A stretch of 64,000 nt of DNA from Squalus acanthias (Eukaryota), in assembly GCA_030390025.1 (NCBI GenBank), contig CM059432.1:143904001-143968000 (forward strand), in the 5' to 3' direction. Below are positions 24,191 to 37,180 of the stretch, in pieces. Each line of letters opens with the position of its first letter. Within the stretch, counting starts at the first letter, position 1. The notes beneath the pieces are model-generated. The model saw only the letters and a program-made list of their open reading frames with translations. It was not told the DNA's origin and did not search any database. Made by a program: the position numbers and the translations under genes.

Positions 24191-24574
24191 TGGATCTGAG
24201 TGTAGGTGAAACTGAAACGCTGTTAAGATAAAGTTACGAGGTGCTACTTGTGAGCTGGTTACTGCATCGCCTTGAGTTGGGTCTAGAGTTAAAATTTGTC
24301 AATGTGGTATACAAAGTAGGTTATTAAAATCTCAAGTGTAATGATGCTGTTTTTGAGTAGAATGCTATGTTGACAGAGTGAAATCTGAAGTGAGGTTGTC
24401 CAGTGTGCGGTAGATAATGCAACCAGTCTGGCTCGGAGTGGCAGAATGCCACTGGTATCCAACCCTATTTAGATCTCTGACTTGCTCAGTTTTAGGAGGC
24501 AGTATTGATTGTAAAGCGTGTTTTTGGTCTTTTTTTCCCTCCTCCGCTAAACTGTGGTGTCTGTTTCCTTTTAG

Positions 24575-24700
24575 ACATGGAGTTGGCCAGGTTCCTATGC
24601 AGCCAGGGATTCCAGGTGGCTTTCCAGTGTATTCCATGTACAATCCACAGCATGTCCTCTGGTGGCAGCAGATGTATGCCCGCCAGTACTACATGCAGTA
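24575..24700 (+). CDS. HERPUD2: HERPUD2 coding exon (...GFPVYSMYNPQHVLWWQQMYARQYYMQY)
   Basis: ccttttag acceptor, TA|gtaagt donor, 126 nt in phase 2/2. WWQQMYARQYYMQY is a HERP-family motif. Confidence 0.96.
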
Positions 24701-24962
24701 GTAAGTACTCAGTTACTCAGACTCGAGAAGCCGTATTACTCCATTCTGAATGATATATAGAAAAGAATTAGTTTAATACAGCCAGGAAAATGATATTGCA
24801 CCACACACACATGTTTGTACTTTGCTTGTCATTTCCCAGCTCCTAGTTTTACTTTGTGCAAGCAAAGTTCTCAGGTAGGAGGTAAGTAATACAACAGTCT
24901 GCTGCATTTTAGACCTCTGATCCCATTTACAGGACTGATACGGTGGCATTATATTCACCATA

Positions 24963-25342
24963 CAGGAAACTTTTGTTTATCCGGCACCCAAATATCCGGA
25001 ATTCTCGCTTAACCGGCAAAAATCATCCTCCGAAAACTCCTCTCAAATAACCGGCAATGTTGCCGAGTCGCAGTCGAGTCTCCGCGAACGGCGAGTACTC
25101 CGAAAACTCCTCTCAAATAACCGGCAATGTTGCCGATCCCGAGTCCGAGTCCGCGAACGCCGATTTAGTCAGTAGGGGTAGTTTTCAAAAGTACCCAAAT
25201 ACTGTATACTGCACATTTCTTGATTTATTTATTTTTCTTTGTTAAAAATAGCCTCGGTAGATATAACTCTCAGTTATCCGGTAATTTCGATAAACCGGCA
25301 CCACGCCGGTCCCGTCGGTGCCGGTTAATAAAGAGTTTCCTG
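24963..25342. mobile_element. Tc1/mariner (pogo/Tigger-like) MITE
   Basis: TA|CAGGAAAC...GTTTCCTG|TA terminal inverted repeats with TA TSD, and repeated ccggca subterminal motifs. Confidence 0.88.
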
Positions 25343-26010
25343 TACTTCATAAACCTGCAACTTTACCTAGCAGTCACTGTTCTGAGTTCCACAGCAAAGG
25401 CAGTTTTACTTTAAAATTCATACAGTTGGCATATGCAGTTCAATTTGGTGAGCTAATTTTTGTTTCACTTTTTTTTCTTTTAGCATAAATTAAACTGCTT
25501 TCTAATCCTCACAAAAAACAGGACTTAAAAGGTTCTCGTAGGGAAGTCTTAGTTCCTGATCAGGGCTGATTTGCATTTTAAAATCAGTTTAGTGTAATTT
25601 TTTTTAAATCCTGTTCACGTAGGTAAGCCATTCTAAATATTTTGTAAATATAATATAGCAGTTATGTGTTAATGAAAACATGGAAAGGTTTACACTATTG
25701 TCGCCACCTTCTTCCTTACCGCACTTTGTACTGTGCTGCAGGTAAAGGAAGAAAGGTAAACCTGAAATAATACAGTACGCGATGTTCTGAGTGTTGCTGC
25801 TCTATCATGGAGAAATCCAGTTATAAGAGCACTTTCTTTCACCACTGGGTAATACCGTGGCTGGTTTTGCTGGGGGCTCCCCTGTGTGAAATTGATGTGA
25901 AGTTGTATTCTGCACTGTAACTTTTTCCATTGAAATTTTGGCTAGTGTGCAGTGGGGTCAAGCTGCGATTTGACCTCTTGAGGTCTAAGTGTTTATCCAG
26001 CCAATAAAAT

Positions 26011-26207
26011 AAGAACATAAGAAATAGGAGCGGGGGTAGGCCATACGGCCCCTTGAGCCTGCTTTGCCATTCAGTCAGATCATGGCTGATCTTAGACCTC
26101 AACTCTGCTTTCCTGCCCGATCCCCATATCCCTTGATTCCCCTGGAGTCCAAAAATATCTCTTTTTCTCAGCCTTGAATATACTTAACGATACAGCATCA
26201 GCAGCCC
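26011..26207 (-). mobile_element. CR1 3'-end fragment
   Basis: aagaacataagaaataggagcgggggtaggcc... matches the 3' ends at 10422 and 46497. Confidence 0.85.
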
Positions 26208-26651
26208 TGCTACTCTGTGTGTTGACTGAAGGGGCTGTGTGTGAAATTAGATTGCCGATATTTTCAACCAGTTTTTAGTAGGTATGAGCCTACGTACGAC
26301 ACAATCTGGCACTAAACTAGTAACTAGTGTTAGAGGAGTGTTAAAGGTGGTTGGCGTGAAAAGTGGAAACATTTCTGCTGGGGTAATTAAATTCACATTT
26401 TTTTTTAATGTGGAAAAAAATCTAGTTAATGACCCAAGATCCTTTATTTTTTTTAAAATTCTATAGCACATGAGTGCACCCTAAACCTTTCACAGGAAGA
26501 TGAACCACTGAACATGGCTTTGGTGATGAAAATGATTGTTTTATGCTAGATTTCCCCCAAATACTATATACTAGCAAAACCACCCGTGGTGTTACCCACG
26601 ATTTTCTATCGACACAATGGCATTGGAGTTGAGACAGAGACTGGCTCCATG

Positions 26652-26668
26652 GAGCCACCTGCTGGCCA
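26652..26668 (-). promoter_or_regulatory. Candidate CTCF site
   Basis: Minus strand reads TGGCCAGCAGGTGGCTC, with TGCAG just upstream. Motif evidence only. Confidence 0.4.
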
Positions 26669-27009
26669 TAGCCTGCAATTACGCCATGACGATTGACATA
26701 GCAAAATTGAATAGGAAATATTGACAATAGCAATTTACAATAGTAAATGTTGACAGAAAAGCCTAACCCAAAATCATGATGATGGGAAGTAAGATCTGCG
26801 AGTATAAAATTCATGCACAGTGCAAGATGTATGAAATATTTTGCCAGTTTCCAAATGCCTCTCCTTTTACCCTTGTGGAGGCCACCATTTGCATCTCTGC
26901 TTCCTTCAGACCTGCTCAGGTGATTTAGGTTTCTGGCAGTTCAAGCACATCATGTTAATAGAGTCACTCTATTTACACTTTTTTGTTGCTGGTTTTCTCT
27001 TTCCCCCCC

Positions 27010-27372
27010 CCTCTGCTATGGCTAATGGGGTACGGTTCCAAGGACACTGGCAATCCCCCAGTACTTTTTCCAAGTGGCCATGCTTTGTTGTGACCCTAGT
27101 ATCAGCTATTCAATTGTGGAGGGTATTACACCTGACTCCAATCCTGTTCTCGCCTGACGTCCAAACATGAGCACTTTGCACCAGAGGTCACTGGATAGCA
27201 ACCAGCAGCAGGACCCCAGCTGACCTTTATTTTCCCCTCCTCCTCTGGCCATTTGTGTAGCACTGTAACTCTACTTGGCTTATCTCAGCTAACAACATAG
27301 GCTGGGAATCAAATCTGAGCCCTTTTTGTTACAATACTTAGCACAATAACAGGTACTGCCTTGCCTACTGGG
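27010..27372 (-). mobile_element. Old SINE-like relic
   Basis: Degenerate tRNA-head-like end (gctgggaatcaaatctgagcc). Family not identified. Confidence 0.35.
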
Positions 27373-28231
27373 AGGCAGCACTTTAGACTGGCCTGGAAGT
27401 TGATCCAGAACAGCCTAAGCTCAGGAAGCCCTTCAATTTTTATCTCCCAGAAAGCCCATTGGTGGGGCACCTTTAGTTTATGATTGGAGTTGCTTTTTTT
27501 GTCGGTGCTGAAGAATGGAACATTTTTCCATTTGTTGAACCTCATGTCAGTATTGAGTACGCTCGGTCGATTATAGCACTGACGAGATACGAGTGAAGCT
27601 CTGTTCACTTTCTCTTAATAGTGCATCTTAACCTGAGCCCATGTAAAGTGCCCCCAACCTAAGCAGTGTGACATTTCCATTTCTCATACCAGCCATGCTT
27701 ATCTAACATTGTCAATGGCTATTTGTTCCTGGGCCTTGTGGTCAGCAAGAGCTGGGTCTAAATTAACCAAACTTGATTCACACACAATGCTTGCAGTTGC
27801 TGGATGCTTTATCCAACACGTTGGGTTTAAAATAACAGTGTGCTAATAATTCACTGACCACCTGGTCCCCAAAGAATAATTTCAACACTTCAACATTAAA
27901 TGGTGGCCACTGATAACCTTATTGTGAGAGCTGGCTGAGAGGATTTACAAATCTGAAATAGCTAGAGGGAATGGTTCCACAATACAAAGTTGCTGCTAAT
28001 TTAAAACAGATTTTCACTGGGCTGGGAACAAATACTGCACTGGGGTCTTCTGAGTTTGGGTAGAGTAAAAGGTGGTTTGATTTCCATTTGGTCAGTATTA
28101 TATTTGAGCTGGGAGTGCTAAATGCTGCCAAAAGGTGAAGAATTCTTCATTCCCCATTCTCTGGCCTAGTTTCTGTCCCCTGGATGAGCGCAAAGCTTCA
28201 CAACTTGTTTCTTTTCCCCCCCCTCTTCTAG

Positions 28232-28558
28232 TCAAGCCGCAGCCAGGCTTTCAGGATCAGCCAACGCACAGCCCTCCAGTCCGGCAGCCTCTGAACCTGT
28301 AAACCCTGAGCCTAATCGCCCGGACGAGGCCCCAGCCGCCCCCATTGCTGCAGCTGTCCCAGAGAACAGACCCATGAACCAGAATATTCAGATGAATGCA
28401 CAGGGGGGCCCAGTGTTAAACGAAGAGGACTTGAATCGTGATTGGCTAGACTGGATGTACACAGTCTCCCGAGCGGGCATCCTGCTGAGTATTGTGTACT
28501 TCTATTCATCTTTCAGCCGTTTTGTGATGGTGATGGGAGCTATTTTGCTGGTTTACTT
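28232..28558 (+). CDS. HERPUD2: HERPUD2 coding exon (...QMNAQGGPVLNEEDLNRDWLDWMY...membrane segment)
   Basis: Long pyrimidine tract plus tag acceptor, TT|gtaagt donor, 327 nt in phase 2/2. Contains NRDWLDWMY and the hydrophobic ILLSIVYFYSSFSRFVMVMGAILLVYL. Confidence 0.97.
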
Positions 28559-29299
28559 GTAAGTAATAGTACAAATCTTTTTTCTTCTGTTTGTTTTAAA
28601 TTTGCAATTGAATTCAATTCTGTGCCTGAAAAAATCCCTCATTTTTCAATTAAACCTGGATGCAGCATGCAGACAGGGTTAGAAATGTTTAACACACCCA
28701 GTGATATTCTCAAAACACCATTGCTTCTCCAAGAAAACTGGACCACGAACGTCACCGTGAACATTTATAAAAAATGTTTTGTTTTTTTAAAATCTGGTCC
28801 TGCTGTTCAGTCATGCAGTAAGTATTGAAGTAACTAAAGTGTGCTATAGAAGGAGTTCATAAAACTATATGTCTGGTCTAATACTAGTGCTAAAATTCTG
28901 CCAGCAACCCGCTGTCTGTCATGAACGGATTGGATACTAGCTCTTGCCTTGTTCTGGCAGTGTACCTCAGTTCTCTTTCTTTTGGCAGCAGTTTGTTCTT
29001 TTTATTGGTTGTTTGCATATTAATTCATGTTCACACTATGCATCTTTTTTTATAGTTTGCCAGTTTTTGTAAAGATCGTTGCTTATTTTTAACTGTGCAC
29101 ATTCATTGACTTCTGTACTCAAATGCATTATATTTTTGCATTCAAGATTATTGATCACAGCCCGAGTTCAACTGTTCTGTTATCTCATTCACATCTCCAG
29201 TTGACTTGTCCTCTACTAGGTTGCTGGATCACTGTTTCAGTATCTCTGCTGCTTGAATTAGGTACTTTTGAGCATCCGGTATATCTACTTTGCTCTCAT

Positions 29300-31381
29300 C
29301 TTAGCTCCCTTAAGTCCAAGGGACACAGACTCGAACGGATATGGCGGACAACTGGTTGAGCCATTCACCGCCAGATCTGGCTGGACCATATAAAGCATTA
29401 TTGGGCCCTGCTCTCGTCTGCCAAAATGGCTCACTATTCCAGAATCATTCTGGAAAGCTAAGATAAACCCCGGTTCCTATTCTCTACTGCTAACCGTCTT
29501 CTTAAACCACTCTCCCGTCTCCTCCACCCTCACCTCCGATAACAAGTGTGAGGAGCTCATGGACTTCTTTGTCTCGAAGATTGAGACCATCCGTTCAGCT
29601 GCCTCTGCCACTTCCCTTCCTTCCCCCTAGCCCACTGGGCCAAACTTCCTCTAAGGTTCCCCCCTGCCCTAGCCCTGAACTCACATCTTTCTCCAGTTTC
29701 TCTCCGATCTCTCCTCATGACCTCTCTGCGCTCATCTTGTCCATGAGACCCACCTCCTGCTCCCTCGACCCTATTCCCACCAAACTGCTGACCACCCAAC
29801 TTCCTTTTCTGGCTCCCATGTTAGCTGATATTGTTAATGGTTCTCTCTGCTCAGGTACTGTCCCCCTCTCCTTCAAATCTGCCGTCATCACCCCCTCCTC
29901 AAAAAACCAACCCTTGATCCCTCCGTCCTTGCAAACTACCACCCCACCTCCAACCTCCCTTTCCTCTCCAAAGTCCGTGAACGTGTTGTCGTGTCCCAAA
30001 CCATGCCCATCTTTCCCGCAATTCCATGTTTGAATCCGTCCAATCAGGTTTCCGCCCTTGCCACAGTACCAAAACGGCTCATCAAAGTCATAAATGACAT
30101 CCTTTGTGACTGTGACAAAGGTAAACTATCCCTCCTCGTCCTTGACTTCTCTGCAGCCTTTGACACGGTTGACCACTCCATCCTTCTCCAACGCCTCTCC
30201 ACCGTCGCCCAGCTGGGTGGGGCTGCACTCGCCTGGTTCCATTCTTATCTATCTAATTGTAACCCGAGAATCACCTGCAACGGCTTCTTTTCCCACTCAC
30301 GCATCGTTACCTCTGGTGTCCTCCAAGGATCTATCCTTGGCCCCCTCCTATTTCTCATCTACATGTTGCCCCTTGGCGACATCATCTGAAAACACAGCGT
30401 CAGTTTCCACATGTACGCTGACGACACCCAGCTCTACCTCACCACCACTTCTCTCGACCCCTCCACGGTCTCTAAATTGTCAGACTGCTTGTCCGACATA
30501 CAGTTCTGGATGAGCAGAAATTTTCTCCAATTAAATATTGGGAAGACCGAAGCCATTGTTTTCGGTCCCCGCCACAAACTCCGTTCCCTAGCCACTGACT
30601 CCATCCCTCTCCCTAATATCTGTCTGAGGCTGATCCACACTGTTCGCAACCTTGGTGTCATATTTGACCCTGAAATGAGCTTCCGACCACATATCCGCAG
30701 CATAACTAAGACCGCCTACTTCCACCTCCGTAACATCGCCCGTCTCCACCCTTGTCTCACCTCATCCGCCGATGAAACCCTCATCCATGCCTTTGTTACC
30801 TCTAGACTTGACTATTGCAAAGCACTCCTGGCTGGCCTCCGACATTCCACCCTACGTAAACTTGAGGTCATCCAAAAGTCGGCTGCCCGTGTCCTAACCC
30901 GCACCAAGTCCCGTTCACCCATCACCCCTGTGCTCGCTGACCTACATTGGCTCCTGGTTAAGCAGCGCCTCGTTTTTAAAATTCTCATCCTTGTTTTCAG
31001 ATCCCTCCATGGCCTCGCTCCTCCCCATCTCTGTAATCTCCTTCAGCCCCACAACCCCCCGAGATATCTGTGCTCCTCTAATTCTGCCCTCTTGAGCATC
31101 CCTGATTATAATCGCTCAACCTTTGGTGGCCGTGCCTTCTGTTGCCTAGGCCCTAAGCTCTGGAATTCCCTGCCTAAACCTCTCCGCCTCGCTACCTCTC
31201 TTTCCTCCTTTAAGACGCTCCTTAAATCCTACCTCTTTGACCAAGCTTTTGGTCACCTACCCTAATTTATCCTTATGTGGCTCGGTGTCAAATTTTTTGT
31301 CTTAAAATACTCCTGTGCAGCGCCTTGGGACGTTTTACTACGTTAAAGGCGCGAAATAAATACAAGTTGTTGTTGTTGTTG
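29300..31381 (+). mobile_element. 5'-truncated L2 LINE with (GTT)n tail
   Basis: LDFSAAFDTVDH, GVLQGSILGP and YADDTQLY motifs, an open 284-aa C-terminal frame (30411-31265) and an L2 3' UTR. Confidence 0.93.
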
Positions 31382-31724
31382 TGCCAACCTGTTCTGCAAT
31401 AAGTTTGCCTGCATAACAGTACCTGCACTTCAAAAGTAAGTAATTCGGTTTATGAAGCGCTTTGAGATATTCTGAGGATGTAATCAGGCATTATGTATAT
31501 GCAAGTAATTTGTTTTTTTGAGCATGAACATTGAATTTATTTTTCCTTGCTCTTGAGATGTGGGCAACACTAGCAAGGCAGCATTTTTTGCTCATCCTTA
31601 GTTGTCATGGGGCGTGAAGAGTCAACCATGTAGTTTGGGATTGGAGTCACGTGTAGGCTGGACCGGGCAGAGGTGGCAGGTTCCCTTCCCTGAAGGACTT
31701 CAGTGACCTAGTTGATTAGGAAAA

Positions 31725-32950
31725 AATAGACATAAAGCTGACAAAGGAGATAGTAGGAGAGGTCTCCAAAGAAGTGGGTTTTAAGGAGGGAGTTAAAGGA
31801 GGAGGGGGAAATGATGGGGCCAAGGCGGGTGGTGGGGGGGGTTGCACAAGAGGCCAGAGTCTGAGGAATAGAGCGTTCGGGGGAGGGCGGTGGTCAGGCT
31901 GGGCGAGGTTACACATAGGGAGGGTGAGGACATGAAAGAATTCAGATCTGAAGATGAGAATTTGAAACTTTGAGGCACTGGGGGACCAGGAGTTGGGCTA
32001 GGCTACCAATGTAGGTCACTGAGGTCAGCAGTAATGAGCGAGCAGGTGCAGGATTCGATATGGGCAAGCAGAGTTTTGGATGAGAGGAAGTTTTTATGGA
32101 GGGTGGAGGATGGGAGGCCAGCCAGGAAAGCATTGCAATAGTTGAGTCCAGAGGTAAGGAGGGCAATGATTAGGATTTCAGCTGAGGTACGGGCAGAGGT
32201 GAGCGATTTTTTTGCACAATGTAAGTAGGTGATCTTTATGATTTGACAGGAGCCGAGGTTGTGAACAGACTGGTTCAATCTGAGACAGTAGCCAGGGAGG
32301 GAGGTGGGGTCGGTGGCAAGGGGTCAGAGTTGGTGGTGGCGGCTAAAGATGATGGCTTCAGTCTTCCCAGTATTTAGCTGGAGGAAATGGCAGCTCATCC
32401 AAGACTGGATATCAGCTCATTAGTCTGACAGCACAGAGGCAGTGGAAGGGTTCCGATGGTGTTGAAGAGGTGGCACTCAGTGTTATCAGCCTATGTTTGA
32501 CCCAGTGTTTTCAGATGATGTTGTGAAGGAGCAGCATATAGAGGAAGGGGCCAAGGATTGATCTTTCTTTGAGAGATTTCTGAAGTGATGGGGCTGATGT
32601 GGGAAGAGAAGCCAATGGTAGTGAACCTCTGGCTATGATCGAATAATTAAAAGTGGAACCAAGCAAGTTCTGCTGAGCAGAAGAACAGAGGAGAGGCATT
32701 GGAGGAGAATGGTGTGGTCGACCACGTCAAAGGCTGCAGAAAGGTCAAGGAGGATGAGGTGTGATAATGCTCCACAGTCAGAGAATATTGTTTAGTTAGG
32801 GCTGTTCCTCAATGCTGCAGGAGGGGAGGAAACCTGATTGAAGGTATTCAAATAGAGTTACGGGAGAGACAACACATTCGAGGACTTTGGAGAGGAAATG
32901 GAATTGGAGTTGGGGGCGGTAGTTTGCAAGGACAGAGGGGTAAAGGGTGT
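31725..32950 (-). mobile_element. Older degraded L2 LINE
   Basis: Minus-strand SILGPFLYML, LNYCNAFLAGLP and ADLSDLHW; inverse similarity to 29900-31260. Confidence 0.8.
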
Positions 32951-34467
32951 TTTTTAAACTATTTTTAAATTATTGAGGCTCTCACCGCTGCCTCCTTACG
33001 AGCAGTAACCCCAACCTCCCCAATCCTCCTCCTCGCCGACCCTCCCACGCAAAGGGTAGTAAAAATCTGGAAAACTCTTCTCTCCCCACCCATCCCCCCA
33101 AAAACGCTGGGGGCAAATTCAAATTTTCGAGAATGTGATGGATACATTTTATTTGGGTAACTGTATCAAGGGATATGGAGCAAAGGTGGGTAAATGGAGT
33201 TGTTCAGATCAGCCATGATCTAATTGAATGGCTAAACGGACTTGAGGGGCTGAGTAGCCTCCCCAGAGCAAGGGTGAGCTCATTCATTTTCTGTTTCATA
33301 ATCTTTGCTGTACCACTTGTGTTCAGTCAGACACAACTGTGCCATGTACAATGGGGATAGATAGCCTGCTATCAGAATATGCTGATACTCTGGAATTTTT
33401 ACATTGTTGATAGCCTCACCAATTATAATGCTGTACAATGGCATAGTTTGAAGCTGTTCCTAGGTGATTGCAAAGCCTGTGTGCACCATGAATGAAAATG
33501 GCTGATAACGCAATGTTAAATGTCTGGTCTCAGCAAGAACCAAAGGAGGCAGTTTCGGTATCACCTTTGGCCATTCAGATACAGATTGTTACAGCTCTTT
33601 TAGTCTCGAGCTCTTGTATTTCTTGATAGATAGGCATGCAATAGAATGGTTTGTTTATTATCAGGACATACACTTTCTACTCCTTTGATCCTGCAGTCCT
33701 TCACTGATGCATCTTTATGAACTGCTTAGATTCCTGTGATCCCACTTGGCTAAATTTCACAACTCAATCTGTAACTTTTCGTGACGTGAATGAAGTTTTG
33801 CTGAGGCCTTTTAATGAAATAATTTTTTTCATCTTGAAGCCTCCCTTTCTGGTCACTTTTTATGATCGTTATTGTAATGACTCGTGATAAATTCTTTTTG
33901 GCACCAAAGCAGTTTTGATGAATGCGACAAATGTCCAACACTTTTGAAAAGTGCTCATTGAATTTGAAAGTTTTGATGCTCCTAGTTTTTTGTGTTATTT
34001 TTGGAAACCAGGCTGCCCATGTACAGAATCTATGTTGACTGCAGTGAGACATATCAGCCCAGTGAAATTGTAAAGCTGCCTCCAAGTTTGCTCTCCTACT
34101 TTATCCAATCATGATCTGCTGGAGAAAATTGAAACTCATTTTAATACATCATGGGCCAAGATGCAGTCGGTTTCGCTCCACAATCCAGCAACATGGAATA
34201 ATTTGTATCTATTCCAAAAGTCCTAATATCTTTATTTCACAATCGAAGCCAATGAACTCTGGTGCTTCAACATTAATTCATAAGATTTCTACTTGGGCTT
34301 TGTATTGCTTTGAAGCAATTAATTTGTCGCATTGAGGTTGAACAAATTAGGAAGAATGTTGAACTGCCTGCTATAAGTGTTCCCACCAGGCGGCTTCAAG
34401 GAATTGGAACAAGAAGCTCTGTGGATATTCCACAATTATACGTCACTGAAATCCTAGTGACAACTTT

Positions 34468-34870
34468 TTTTATTCATTCACGGGATGTGGGCGTCGCTGG
34501 CAAGGCCAGCATTTATTGCCCATCCCTAATTGCTCTTGAGAAGGTGGTGGTGAGCCACCTCCTTGAACCGCTGCAGTCCGTGCGGTGAAGGTACTCCCAC
34601 AGTGCTGTTAGGGAGGGAGTTCCAGGATTTTGACCCAGTGACGATGAAGGTACGGCAATATGTTTCCAAGTCCGGATGGTGTGAGACTTGATGGGGAACT
34701 TGGAGATGGTGGTGTTCCCATGCGCCTGCTGCCCTTGTCCTTCTAGGTGGTAGAGGTTGTGGGTTTGGGAGGTGCTGTCGAAGAAGCCTCGGCGAGTTCC
34801 TGCAGTGCATCTTGTAGGTGGTGCACACTGCAGCCAGGGTGCGTCAGTGGTGGAGGGAGTGAAAGTTTAA
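34468..34870 (-). mobile_element. 3' fragment of the 3645-family LINE
   Basis: Near-identical to 3650-4030. Confidence 0.88.
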
Positions 34871-36344
34871 GGAGTGACTGTACAATAGGTCTTCATTCTT
34901 TGCATGCTGTTCAGCCCCCAGCTCCAAAATTATTACCCTACCTGCCCTTGGTTTGCCTTTTTTCTTTTCAAGTCTTCCTTCACTTGGAGCTTCTTATTGG
35001 CACGTGTTTAAATTCTCACTTTTATCGGTTTCTATGCTGTTGCCTCTTTAAAAGAACTAATGTATACTTCCAATATGATAAAAACAGTAAATGTGGTAAA
35101 TTTCAGTGTTCCGTTGTTGTCCCCTCCCCCTCCCCCCCTCCAAACTTTTGAATCCTGTCCTTTTGGTGTGTGGAAGCTGAACTACACCCAAAGGTTGAAG
35201 TCCATGCCTCTGGTAGGTAACATCTAACTATTTTAAAAGGCTCCAGATTTGTTTTGATGCATAACTGGGTAGCAAAGTACCAGTATTATTCAATGAGTGA
35301 GGAGGATCTTTTAAACTCATGTGTGAATCAATGGAAGCTTTCTTCACTTGTGGAATGAATTTTGCCGTATCCTTATTCCTGGTGTACCTTCTACAGCAAT
35401 GGTTTTGATATTGTCTTACAAAGTTGAGCAGCCAGCATACCAAAGTACTTAGTGCGTTATAGTGCTGTGACTGAGTTGTGAAAGCAGCTTTGAATCCATT
35501 GGAGCGTCTGGGTTTTATGTCGCAATAAAGGATGTTCTTTGGAACTCTCTACAGTAAAAGAAAATGAATCTAGCTTGTCCCACTGTATGCACACACTGCT
35601 GTCGCATTTTGGAATGCATTAAGAGCACTGCTTACTTCCCCTTATGGAAGGAGCCTGGATAATAGCAGTGAGAGATGACGAGGAAGAGCATTTGGACAAA
35701 TTCTAATTGTGAATGCTACAGACTTAATAGCAAAACTTGTACGCTATGCTTGGAACAGGTTATTTAAGTCCAGTATTCTGCAGTTTCAGTCACATCAATA
35801 ATATTTTTTTGAAAATAGCAATGTAAGCTTCCTTTTTGGTCTTCATACTTAATGTAAACCTCCCCTCTTTCCCTCAAAATGGGCCAGTTACTATAAAGTG
35901 CTTCCTCACTTGCCTGGTTGAGAACTGGTGATCCGATCCAGATACCAATTGAATGTTCTTTGCTGGAGCCGTTTAATGTGCTTATGATGGGGAAGGAGAG
36001 GCTATCTGCTGCTCCAGACACTTCAGTGTCACAACTGTTTCGCCACTCGGATGCTGTTATGCAAGGATTAGCATAGTATTTTAGTTCCTATTTGAGGTAC
36101 CCATATCAAGTTGGTCAGCCATGAACAACTTAAACAGTCAGAGCATTCTGACAGATTTGAGTGTTAGCTGCAACAAATTGCTACCAATTGTGTAAAAAAA
36201 AAGGCACTTTAACTATTGCAGTAGCAGGAAATTCCCGTATCCATTCTTCATTTGCTTTTTAAAAGTTTATATCTTAGTGTGGCTTAAAGTGTAAACTGTG
36301 GACTTTGGCTACTGATACCAATTGTGCTCATTGAAAAATCCTAG

Positions 36345-36462
36345 GCATCAAGCTGGATGGTTCCCATTCAGGCAAGATGCACAGAATCGTCGGCCTGCAA
36401 ATCAACCAGTGGAGTTCAACCAGGAAGGACAGGAGGACAATGCCCTCGAAGTGCATGAAATG
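36345..36462 (+). CDS. HERPUD2: HERPUD2 coding exon (HQAGWFPFRQDAQ...LEVHEM)
   Basis: cctag acceptor, ATG|gtgagt donor, 118 nt in phase 2/0. Contains the HQAGWFPFRQ motif. Confidence 0.94.
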
Positions 36463-36627
36463 GTGAGTTTGAACTCGCTCCAGATGTTATGTCCTGTGTC
36501 TCAGTGCAGCGATCTGATGGAGTCCCAAACATTTCTAGTATTTTACAATGTACACAGTTTGCCATTTTACTATCTATTTAACTGTGCAAACTGGGGGCTA
36601 GTTTGTAAGTATCATAAGCACACTGTT

Positions 36628-37180
36628 TTATTTCACGAGATGTGGACGTCGCTGGCAAGGCCAGCATTTATTGCCCATCCCTAATTGCCCTCGAGAAGGT
36701 GGTGGTGAACCACCTTCTTGAACTGCTGCAGTCCGTGTGGTGAAGGTGCTCCCACAGTGCTTTTAGTTGGGGAGTTCCAGGATTTTGACCCAGCGACGAT
36801 GAAGGAACGGCGATATATTTCTAAGTCTGGATGCTGTGTGACTTGGGGGAGACTTGGAGGTGGTGGTGTTCCCATGCGCCTGCTGCGCTTGTCCTTCTAG
36901 GTGATAGAAGCCGTGGGTTTGGGAGGTGCTGTCGAAGAAGCCTTGGCAGTTACTGCAGTGCATCTTGTAGATGGTACACACTGCAGCCACGGTACGCCGG
37001 TGGTGGAGGGAGTGAATGTTTAAGGTGATGGATGGCGTGCCAGTCAAGCGGGCTGCTTTGTCCTGGATGGTGTTGTGCTTCTTGAGCGTTGTTGGAACTG
37101 CACTCATTCAGGCAAGTGGAGAGTATTCATCACACTCCTGACTTGTGCCTTGTAGATGATGGTAAGGCTTTGGAGAGCCA
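36628..37180 (-). mobile_element. 3' fragment of the 3645-family LINE
   Basis: Near-identical to 3655-4190. Confidence 0.88.
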
